From the NCBI GenBank assembly GCA_040954595.2, contig CM082597.2, positions 1,594,886-1,658,885 of the forward strand: DNA of 64,000 bases, written 5' to 3'. Positions within the stretch are counted from its first letter, which is position 1; each line of letters begins with the position of its first letter. The notes under the pieces are model-generated. The model had not been told where the DNA came from and made no database searches. It saw nothing but the letters and a program-made list of their open reading frames with translations. Below, in pieces: positions 47,553 through 58,164 of the stretch. Origin of the DNA: Balanoglossus misakiensis. Taxonomy: Eukaryota > Animalia > Hemichordata. The translations under genes and the position numbers were made by a program.

Positions 47553-50500
47553 CTACGCTCTCAATAAATTACTCTTCCCCATCCATAATCTCAGATCAAT
47601 AGGTGGGGGAGCTGGCGGTGTTAGCAATCTGCCAAAAACAAAATAAATTTATGAAAACTGTTGTTAATTTCTGCATGTTACAGTGTATGGGTTCACTTCA
47701 GTGATAATAAATGTTTTAAGAGATTAATAGTCAAACTTACCTTGGCGTTTCTTCCTCGGGCTGATCCAGCTCAGCTTCATATTCATGTAAATCGTCCATG
47801 TCTGCTTCCAACTGTTCTGCCAGTTCCGTGACCAGAGAATTCATCAACTACAGTCAATGAAAATAAGTAGACAGAAATTAAGAAGAGTTTAAAGGTTAAG
47901 GATTTTTTCATTCTCCACGGGACATTGCGGAAATATTTAGACTTACCACATCAGTTGTGACTTCCTCGTGGAACTGTTTCATCGCAAAGTTGTCTTCAGT
48001 GAGTTTCCTCTGATCTCTGACGTTGAAATATTGAGTCATCAAGATGTCAAGAGTCATCGCTGCAACAAGACCAAACAAATAATCAATGCTTGACTGAAGG
48101 AACGCAATGCATGTTCTAACTTACCAGCATGCTTATCTTATAACTGCATGGGTTCAGTCTTAATTGTGTGGACACAGACATAACAGGAGGGTGAGATAGG
48201 GCCAATTCACTATGATATAGACTTACCATCAAGGAATTTATCGAAGTACTCCCTCTCTGTCCATATCTGACCATTCCTGGCAATCATGGTCAGCAAATAA
48301 TCCAGGAAGAAACTTTCAATGACAACCTCACCAGCATGTGTGGCCACCTGTTGGAATGCAAGCATAGAAGTTGTGATCAAACAGAGTTTGGAGTATATAC
48401 AGTATATGTATGGCATTCCAAGAGATACACTGCTGGGATTGCCTCACATGGGAATTTCTAGCCCTTACCTCTCTGTGTTGTTTCTTGATAACAGCTGCAT
48501 CGTATCTTGCCAGTGTCTCTTCCGCGAGTTCTTTGTGGAGTTCATGAGTCTCTTCCAGAACGAAATCTTCTATCAAATCCTCCAGTACCACCTCAAAGAT
48601 TGCCTCACGCACCTAAATTGAGCAAAAAACACAAACAACATTATACTTAATCAGGTGATTATCTGAAGCATGAAGCATAAATATTGTGGTGATTGGTCAT
48701 CAACATTCCCCATTGGCCTCGCTTTGAGTTCAAATTCATGATGGCTGCACGAGATCGCTAGACTTATGAAAGGGGTGTATCAACTTACTGCATCCACAAC
48801 ATGTGGTTTTTCAACTTCCTCAAATATTTCCATGAACGTGTCATAGACAGCTGCTCGGTTGAGGTGGTCCTGCACCAAATCTTCTATAGTGTCAGCCACT
48901 ACCAGTTCCACACTCTCTTTGACAATTTCATTTAGCAACGCACGACTGCAGTCATCAATGTAATCTTTCCTTGTAGATTCCTCATCCATGTAACTGCAAA
49001 AAAAATCAGGATCAAGTTTTTCATGTCACTTCCTTTCTTTCAACAATATGAGTTTTTTGAAAGATTAGATGACAAAATATCACAGACTGGATAAGAATAT
49101 TTGAGTAACAGACCTATCCAACATATCTGCCGTTGTCTTGACAACCACCTCGTCCACCATTTCTTGAACCGTCTCATCAACAATGTCTTCACAGCAAAGA
49201 AGAGCTGGTACATATAATGATTGATCCTTTTGCTGAGAATAAGAAACAAACAAAATGTTTATTACAGAAATTAACCTTTTCACCCCAGTTCCCTTCTTAC
49301 AAGTCAAGCCTAACGAAAGCTGGGTGTTGACAAGTGGAGGACACAAACCACAAACTACTTAACTCACCTGGTGGCGTTTCTCAGATAGTGCATCTATCAG
49401 TAAATCTGGGATCAGTTCAGATTCCATGGTTTCCTTAATGAAACCATCTACAAATTTTTCAGCAGCGTTCTCGTCCCTGAGGTAATTGGCGCTTTCTAAA
49501 CCCTATAACAGGAGAAGGAAAAAAAAGAGGTTCTCATTAGTATTAGATTTCCTAGCAATGTGTTCACTGCCTACATAAAATATAAAACGTTCGCAAGCAA
49601 GGTGAAAACTAACCTGTCGTGTGCGAAACCCTCTGTACACACTCTGGATTCTCACAGCTGCTTCGTCAGGTGTGACCTGTCGCCTTCTTCTCCCTCTCTT
49701 CTTTTTCTTTTGCTGAATATCAAAAGTTAACCAAAAAGTGATGTGAGCTGGGGATGTGTCCTCCTACAGGTCTGCCTGTCTGTACAGTAAAAATGCTCTT
49801 TATATTTTTTCTCTCATTAATGCCAACACTGGTTGAGGTTCTCACCTTAAGAAGAGAGCCAAGCTCATCATATTTCGAAACTCTCCCTGACAAATCTCCC
49901 TCAATGGCTGCCAAGGCTATGGCCAGCCCATCCGGATCCTTGGATTCCGACTTATCTGGATTAGCATAATCCGGACCTACAGTGAGATAAGTGACTGGGC
50001 CGCGTGGACTGATATACGGATTTGCTGGTAAACTGTGAATATACTGTAATCCCGGATCTATGGGAGGATTGTAGGGATTCTGCTCTCCTGTCGGTAAATA
50101 CTGAGGTCCGGGACTCAAATATTTATTTTCCCCCGGCAAGTATCCCGGCTGGCTCAATGCACTGCTAGTTCTACTGGAAGTATCGGATTCAGTATCCGTG
50201 CCTTTCCGGTACCGGACAAGTAGTTTCTTCTTCTTCTTCTTGTTTCTTTGATACGGATACACGCCCAGCACGCCGGGTTTATATCCGTTGTAACGGAGAC
50301 TGGAATACACATCATCCGGTCGGGTGAATTCAGTGGGGTCACTTTTCTGGGATGGCTTATGACTGTACCCATTGCTAACAGGTTTTCCATGGTGTCCATC
50401 TTTGGGATTACCATAATATCCGGAGCTTTGCTTACTCCGGTTTGAATATCCGTGTTTGCTTGGGTCACGGTGACCTTTGACATGACTGGGGTCATTGTGT

Positions 50501-51921
50501 GCATAACTTCTGGGATCTCTGGGATCAAGGAAGTTCCTCTGATCTATCGGGTCAGGATAATCTCGGTCATGGTAATCCCTGTGTTGTCGAGGTTCATAGT
50601 AATCACTGTCGTCTCTTGGATCATCCATGAAATGCCCATTGATGCGTGGTTCCCTGAAATGTAACATCAACAATTGCTGAGTGTTCACAATATTTACCTG
50701 TCTTCAGTGGTGCATCAAATGGGTTTAGAGGTCATACTGTCAATGTGACAAAACTAGTGTTAGCTAATCAGAAAATACTTGCCCTGCACTGCACCACACT
50801 GTCATGTAGTAACAGTTATAGCTAATTGAAAGACTTGCTTTGTACTGTACCTTTCAAAGGCATCCTCTCTTGGGACCAAGGGTGGGACCACTTCATACGT
50901 GCTCCGCCGCAGATTTCCCGGATAAGCAGACACTGGGGTGTCCATGGACGGAGTGTTGTAACCAGCAGGGGTATCCAAACTACAGAATGAAATCAGATAT
51001 ATTAACCCTTTCACCCCCATTCCCTATATAGAGGTCCAATTTTACAGTAGAACATAATTGATTTAGAGCAAATAAGGAACACTTCAGTTAGTCAGTCACT
51101 CAAAGCACACACACAGCATCTGCGACCTGTAGAAATAATGGTAACATATGATATTGATGAGAAACAATGGTTTTGGACTATGGTTTATTCTCTGAACATA
51201 TAGAGGGCAGTAAAAAACTGTTTTCCTTACTGTGGTAGAATTTTTGGTGGAGGTGTCCTGTGGTAACCATTTCTGTATTTTGGTGTTGTTTTGCCGTTGT
51301 ATGATCTAGTACTGCTTGCTGTGCTCTGCCGTGACCCTGCCGGTCTCCGCCGGGATTTTTTCAGTCTGTGAAAAGATTAAAACAGCAAATTGTGTGAATT
51401 TCTCTCTTGTGCCTGACGTACATCATAATCATTACATGTACGTTTCCTCTGAAAAATATTATAGTACTCAAATTAATTCCTTGATAAAGCACGTAACAGA
51501 CGCTAAGGTGACGTGATTTCCGATCAGATCATTAAAATCCCATTATGATTACAAAGCGAAAGTATTGCCGTGTAAACAAATCGATGAACCCTGGGGGTCG
51601 ACTGTTATATACAAATCAATAATATGACGACATATTGATTTCCAACTACAGTGAGAGTGCAGTGGTTTTCGCATCAATATAGCTAGTTTCTGATAAGAAA
51701 AATGCGGGGTCTTCCTGTCAAAAAACGCCCTCTTTAAAGACTGTGATCGCATAATTATAAGATTGCAATCAACATCAAGTTGTACAACTTGTAACGTTAC
51801 ATACACCCTTCCTTGTCTCCGATCGATTGATAATGATGTTAATAATGCGTTCCGCATTGACTTACCTTTCTTGTAACCTATCCCATGTTTCCTCCCGCTC
51901 TCTGCCGTACGTAGACGCCAT
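47553..51921 (-). CDS. Uncharacterised IQ-motif protein: disordered D/P/Y/R-rich N-half, basic patch + IQ, acidic helical C-terminal region, about 748 aa
   Basis: 13 phase-consistent exons: 51921-51866, 51365-51231, 50979-50851, 50653-49846, 49712-49614 (KKKKRGRRRRQVTPDEAAVRIQSVYRGFRTRQ), 49502-49368, 49232-49114, 48993-48789, 48612-48469, 48347-48227, 48059-47947, 47847-47741, 47628-47553. Confidence 0.8.
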
Positions 51922-52282
51922 GATAACCAAAGCGATCGCCGAAATCGTCTCGATTCCTACATGTTGTTCACTGGATACGTGGTTTGTTTAGTTGTTGTTA
52001 ACTTCCACGGAATGTCCGCCATCTTTGCCACAAGGGTGCTAATGCGCACGCTCGTGACCCCACGGTAACCTTCTTGATTCAGGACGAAGCATGTACGCGT
52101 TGTCATGGTAGTGAGCGGTCGCGGATGACCGCCATTTTCTTGTGTGTTAAGGACCCGGGGAATATGCTTTATATTAGATATGTCTGTATATTTTAGAATA
52201 CGAAAATCAGCCATAAAACTCACGATGAGCTTCATAAACTGTCACTAGGGAGGTTGCAAGCTTTATATGTTATGAAACATAG

Positions 52283-52389
52283 ATTGTTGTTGGTTGTTGT
52301 TTTGGTGGTGGTGGTGGTGGTGGTGGCGGCGAGGGTGGTGGTTTTGCTGGTGGTTTTGGTGGTGGCGGCGGCGAGGGTGGTGGTGGTTG
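52283..52389. repeat. (GTT)n/(GGT)n trinucleotide G-rich repeat
   Basis: ttgttgttggttgttgttttggtggtggtggtggtggtggcggcgagggtggtgg... with an internal duplication of ggtggtggcggc...gagggtggtgg. Confidence 0.85.
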
Positions 52390-52845
52390 TGTCTCTGGTC
52401 TTTTCCGCATGTCATACATCCCTATAATATCGCTTTATAGCTGACAATAAGCCAATTTTCTATCCCAAACCAAGGTGCACCTTGGTTGGCCTAAAATGTT
52501 GGCCACGTTTTGAAAACCACGGAGATCAATGATACTGGATGATGTACCGAGTTAAGCTATAAATCACAAACACACTGTACACGAAAGAATGAAGACTAAA
52601 GTCATTTCCTAAGGCGTTTATTTATCCTGTAATAGGTCATTCAAGTTGGCCAAAAACGTAGGCCTAAACGTCATTCTTGGTCAAAGTCATCAATATTCCG
52701 TCGTCGACCGACTTATCGTATATATGTACGATCTAAGCTTTATTCAGTACACGATCATGATCATGTCCTGTACCGGAACGATTGTGTCGCATGTCTTACA
52801 ACGACATAACCCGCAGCTACATCTCTTTGAGACACATGTGTATCA

Positions 52846-53076
52846 CTAGGGCCTCTTTCGGTCAATTGTCTCCATGACGTACGAGTTCTGTGATTCACTC
52901 TCGTCTCCATCGTCGACCTTTAAGCAAAACGTCACAGTCTCTTCCGCCGAATCGTCGTCATCGAGGAGAGATAGTTGTGTCATGAAGTCAGCGGCGTTTT
53001 CTCCTGTGTCGCAGTTTTCGTTGACGTAGTCAGCAAATTTCTTTGAGTCGTTTCTGAAAGATATAGGGGCCCACAT
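52846..53076 (-). CDS. Small acidic intronless ORF (76 aa), unknown function
   Basis: ATG-started ORF with coding-like composition (MWAPISFRNDSKKFADYVNENC...DDDDSAEETVTFCLKVDDGDESES). TATA-like cttaaata about 45 bp upstream and AATAAA downstream at about 52617-52622 on the minus strand. No domain recognised. Confidence 0.4.
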   Translation of the reverse strand: MWAPISFRNDSKKFADYVNENCDTGENAADFMTQLSLLDDDDSAEETVTFCLKVDDGDESESQNSYVMETIDRKRP

Positions 53077-53768
53077 GTCAGATTGTATGTGTATGCGTCT
53101 CTCCCTCTCTTCCAGGGTATTTTAAGTTATTGACAATTGTAAAATAATCCACAAATCATCTCAATATCTCAGTTTTGTTGGCCGAGCATTGATCAGCGTG
53201 TTGTGTTCGAAATTGGAAATATGCCTATCTCAAATCGCCATGAAATTTGCATGTTCAAAGATATCACGATTGCTCATCGACTCTACAAAGCGACGGGGTT
53301 GGTTTGTAGGCTAATGTTACTAACCGTTTTCGCCCAAAGCAGGAAAAGCATCTCCCAACTCGCTGTGAGGGATGGCAATTGCCCATCCCCACCGTGACCA
53401 AACGGCAGATAGTTCGATAATCGTTGCCATGGCGGCCGGGATGTCTTGTCAGTTCGTGTAATCCAACAAGTTCGAAACGAGATTCTCACCAATCTCGTGA
53501 TTTTTCTTTGGTGGTATCACATTCGACAGATCGATCCACTCATTTGCGACGCTATTTTGCGACTTTAATGTTACGACGCCGCGAACTGTATTACGGCATT
53601 AACGTAAATGCCCACATACTTTTATCAAGAAATGACAAGCTGGTTGAATTGGAAGTAATGCTTTATTATTTCTGACACACAGCTAACAACAACATTAACG
53701 ATTATTGAAAAGGGGATGGAAAACGTTTCCATTTACATGAGGACTCAATATGATTCAATATGAGGCAT

Positions 53769-54572
53769 CTACTTTGTCACCACGTCAGAGTAATCGACAA
53801 AACTTCCACTTTCGTAGGAATCTTCTCCAAAGACCTTCATCAAAATTCCACACGTTTCGTCAACGGTCAGCACCTCTCCCTTGCTGTAGCAATCGACCAA
53901 ATGTTTCTGCAGAGCGGAGTTGGCTGTGTTGTCTCGGACACTGGCCAGCATTTCGGTCTGAACGGCGCCGGGGGAGTAGCTGAGAATACGAAGATCTGGT
54001 TCTTCAACTGCCAAGACTTTGAAGATCATATCTCTGGCGGCTTTGCCTGCGCAATATATCGACATACTGGGGATAGGCCTTATCGCGTTATCTGAAGTCA
54101 TATTGATGATCGAACGACGCTGCCCTGCTTTCTTGGGAAACACCTCCAGAAATTTCGACGTCAAGTAGACTGGTGACGTCACATTGAAGCCGAAATAGCT
54201 TTGCTGTTCATTGGGATCGTTATGCTCGCTGACAGTTTTACTGACATCTCCGATGCTGGCGGCGTTGTGAACAAGAATCGTGTGCTGGAACTTGCTCGGG
54301 TCAACGTTATCGAAAAATCCAGATACGGTTGTTCGGAGGGACCCCAGATTACTCAGATCTGCCTGGACAGCCCGTACTTCAAGCCCAGTGCCACGTTTGG
54401 TCTCAACAAGGTGCTTCGTTTCTTGAAGTCCCGTTTCGGATCGAGCGCATAACACCAGAAGTGAATTCTTGCCCACCCTTTCTGCTAGATGAGTGGCGAT
54501 ACCTCGCCCTATACCCTTACTGGCACCGGTTATCAGACAGAAAGTTGGTACATCAAACACTTTAGCCGCCAT
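53769..54572 (-). CDS. SPR: Sepiapterin reductase-like SDR (copy A), intronless, 267 aa
   Basis: TGASKGIGRG Rossmann motif; LVLCARS; HNAASIGD; YCAGKAARDM catalytic YxxxK; LSYSPGAVQTEM; C-terminal YESGSFVDYSD (SPR-type FKSGAHVDFYD). Confidence 0.9.
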   Translation of the reverse strand: MAAKVFDVPTFCLITGASKGIGRGIATHLAERVGKNSLLVLCARSETGLQETKHLVETKRGTGLEVRAVQADLSNLGSLRTTVSGFFDNVDPSKFQHTILVHNAASIGDVSKTVSEHNDPNEQQSYFGFNVTSPVYLTSKFLEVFPKKAGQRRSIINMTSDNAIRPIPSMSIYCAGKAARDMIFKVLAVEEPDLRILSYSPGAVQTEMLASVRDNTANSALQKHLVDCYSKGEVLTVDETCGILMKVFGEDSYESGSFVDYSDVVTK

Positions 54573-54901
54573 TGCTCACCGTTGATGGTCGACCTTTACC
54601 CTTTTATTTGTAAGTCGATCGCTTTTTTCGATTATACAAGGCCATCCACGAATAAGAGAAACTGGAAAACTGCGCCAATGTGTGCGCATTAATTGTCTTT
54701 TTCCATAGGATTACACTGAGAAAACTTACTTCTACTATTGTCATTTTCATGGCATTTTTCGCATAGCTCAGTCAAATAAAAATATATTCACCGGTCAAAT
54801 AAAATCGTATGCCCATAGAAAAACCATTCAGTGCAGCGCAGCCACCGGTATAATTTGGAAAGGCAGCGACGTGAAAAGTCACCTGATACTTGATATCAAA
54901 C

Positions 54902-55702
54902 ATGGCTGTGTTTGGAGGGTCTGTATTTTGCCTGATTACTGGTGCCAGTAAAGGTATAGGCCGTGGAATTGCTGTTCAGCTGGCCGATGTGGTGGGAGAA
55001 AATTCACTTCTAGTGTTGTGTGCCCGCTCAGATGAAGGGCTGCAAGAAACCAAGCGACTTATTGAGACAAAGCGAAGGCGTGGCATTGACGTCCGCACAG
55101 TCATTGCTGACCTTTCCAATATGGACTCCCTGACGCAAACAATATCAAGCCTGTTTGATCATGGCGTCGATCCGGGGAAATTCGCTCACGCTGTTCTCAT
55201 CAACAACGCGGGTTCCCTTGGAGATGTCACGAAAACTGTCGGCGACCTGAAAAGCCCCGATGAACTGCAAAACTACTTCGGGTTCAACGTGACCTCGGCT
55301 GTTTGCTTGACTTCGAAATTTCTGGAGATTTTCCCCGGCAGTGAAGGCAGGCGTCGGACTATCCTTAACATTTCTTCGTTGTGTGCAGTCAAACCGTTCG
55401 CATATACGTCTATCTACTGCGCATCTAGAGCAGCAAGAGACATGATCTTTCAGGTTCTGGCTTGTGAAAATCCAAGTCTACGCATCTTGAATTACGCGCC
55501 TGGACCTGTCGATACAGATATGCAGCGGAACCTCAGAGAAAACCTTGGGGATCCGCAAATGAAGAAAGCGTACAATGATCTCAAAGCGCAAGGAAACATT
55601 CTTTCGGCGGAGGAGACGTGCAAAGTACTCTTAAAAGTACTTCAAGAAGATACATATGAAAGTGGAAGTCACTTAGACTATTACGATGTTAAAACATTGT
55701 GA
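54902..55702 (+). CDS. SPR: Sepiapterin reductase-like SDR (copy B), intronless, 266 aa
   Basis: ATG at 54902; TGASKGIGRG; LINNAGSLGD; NISSLCA; YCASRAARDM; LNYAPGPVDTDM; YESGSHLDYYD. Confidence 0.9.
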   Translation: MAVFGGSVFCLITGASKGIGRGIAVQLADVVGENSLLVLCARSDEGLQETKRLIETKRRRGIDVRTVIADLSNMDSLTQTISSLFDHGVDPGKFAHAVLINNAGSLGDVTKTVGDLKSPDELQNYFGFNVTSAVCLTSKFLEIFPGSEGRRRTILNISSLCAVKPFAYTSIYCASRAARDMIFQVLACENPSLRILNYAPGPVDTDMQRNLRENLGDPQMKKAYNDLKAQGNILSAEETCKVLLKVLQEDTYESGSHLDYYDVKTL

Positions 55703-56227
55703 GCCTCAGTAGCCGCTGGTAGTATTTAAGCAATGTTCTCAAAAGTTAGATTATTGTCATTTTCTTGATTTATATATTATATTGAAGAATTTGAAGTAAA
55801 AGAACGGCCTTTGTTGACGAACTGCAGTTCTGTGGATACTTTTATTGGTTAAAAATCCATATGTTAATAAAATTAGGAATTTCCTACAAAAAAGCATTGG
55901 TACATGGCATTAATTATAAACAGAAAAGTCGCGCATGTGCAGTTCGGACGACCTCCTCGCTTAAGTACAGTGTCTTTTTCGCAATTATTGGAAAAATGAT
56001 CAAGTGTTGCTATTGTCATTGTTTTCGCTTCCGTTTATTTGTTCTTTCGTGTTTCTTGAAGCGAGAGATGCACAACACGATTTTCTTAATGCTTTTTTTT
56101 TATCTCGTTGGGTGTCTGCACATGGATCCTTTCATCCCTAGTTTCCTGTTTAGAGGCCCAACTTTACCATATGATGAATTTTGATCTGGATCATAATGGT
56201 GAAAGAGTTAAAATGCTGATCATATTA

Positions 56228-56500
56228 CTAATGCCGATTCACTTCTTCTGCAAGTGAGACCTGGTCGATTGACGTCAAGGCCGCGACCAGCACAGCTTTT
56301 GTTGCACCACTTCCGTTCTTTTGTCGCCATTTTAGTAACATTTCGTGTATCACTTGAGACGATCCATAAGGGCGGTGATCGACTTCCAGTAGGTCGATTG
56401 CGGCGGGCCCAAAACCAAGTTCCCGCGCCAAGGCTTTCCATTTAAGACCGATGCCATTTTCGCCGGAAACGATTTTGAAATGTTTGTCCGTCGCTGCCAT
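56228..56500 (-). CDS. Death-domain-only protein, 90 aa
   Basis: IGLKWKALARELGF...IDLLEVDH...EMLLKWRQKNGSGATKAVLVAALTSIDQVSLAEEV is a typical death fold. ATG at 56500 (ggcATGG), with acceptor cttttgaag 11 nt upstream and a candidate upstream donor (ttcg|gtaagg) at about 57043. Confidence 0.8.
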   Translation of the reverse strand: MAATDKHFKIVSGENGIGLKWKALARELGFGPAAIDLLEVDHRPYGSSQVIHEMLLKWRQKNGSGATKAVLVAALTSIDQVSLAEEVNRH

Positions 56501-58164
56501 GCCGCCGGTTCCTTCAAAAGAGAAAAGAAATGTTCGCATTTCGCCTGTACGTGTGATATTTGTAATTATCTATTTGCCACAAAGCTTAGGTTTTTATTTT
56601 CATTCGAAACAAATTATAATACTGCTGTAGCAAGTATGTATGGACATTCAAAGGCCATCACTACATACTAGTAACAATGCGATTCCAAGAATTTTGGCAT
56701 CTGCGCAAGCGCAAACAGATGACTGAAACAAATAGGCCACCGTTTTGTGCCCAAAACTCAATGTAATGTATACCCCACTTGCTATTTAAGTCATAAATGT
56801 TTGGGATTCAATGAGTTCAAATTGACTTTTACTGAACTAAAAACTAGGCCTGTCCGATGACGAAGCTTTTGTCAACATATACACATGTTTCAACACATAA
56901 TCTTAATATTATTTATTCAGTTCCGCATAGAGTTCGATCACACTGGTGAACAATAGTACGTCTCCATGGAAACTAGTACGTCTCCATAGAAACCTTCAAG
57001 AACCGCTTTCTCTAGATCACTGAATACGGAGCACATACCTTACCGAAATCCTTCGCTGTTAAAAATACTCGGAGTACAGCCTGGGGAAATATAAGGTCCC
57101 AGTTTTCACAAACTACCTGGTCAGACACTGTACGCTACCATTTACAGGTAGTTTTGCGCGTGCGCACTGGTGTATATATATGAACCATGACCCAAATTCA
57201 TGCCCACTTCAATTTATGGTTCCAATAAGCATGCAAAGGGAGTCGTACGTGCAGTTTACGAACTAGAGATTTAAGGTGAAAGCAGTGTTTAATTCAGAAC
57301 CGTGAGGGCGCTCATCACATAGTTTCGTTACGCTATGCATGTACATGTACATCAAATGTGCGGAATTTTTAAATGTAAATGTATGATGCCTCTACTAGGT
57401 CACATTGGTGAATTTTACTAGCTGCAGATAGGCTGTATGTCGAGAGTGTTAAACCTTGTTCAAGTGTTTTTTTTTAGCTTCTATATGTAACACAAAATCT
57501 GGCAACAAACTGTTTCATGACACGGAAGAATGTGAGTGTATATTTGGTTTTATTTTGGGAGTTATTAAAATAACGAAAACTGACACCAATAGCTGCACGA
57601 TATGGAAACTACATAGGGTTTTCCGTCTGAAAACACAATCACATAATACAGTAGCTTTAATACGACTGGTGCATCACGACAATTCTCCGTAGCCACACGC
57701 ATATTTAACAAACAGACTACTACCGTTATATACACAATAATATTTTGTATGGAATTGGTCATTCCATTGTTCAAGACGACTTTACAATCTGGTATATTCA
57801 ACAATACGAATACTTCAAACTCGTTATCAGCCGACGATATTCGCTGATATCTGTACCGAATGGTAAATGTGACTAAATTCCACGCAGTTTGATGTTTCTC
57901 TTGGAAGGATGTTGAATACTACAACTCACTGACAATGGTGTCAGGATATAGGGTCATGTAGAGGTCACGACAGTGATACTTTCTGAGTACACGAATCATG
58001 ACACTTTGTCAGTGTACCATAGAGATATTTTTGCTTATATGCAAATTTCAGTTCTTCCATAGACAGTTCTAAGTATTGTTCTGTAAATAAATACATGTCA
58101 AGAGACTGATTATCTAAGTTCCTGATTTCTTTTTGAAACTTCTTGTAAAGCTTCAATAGTGTCT

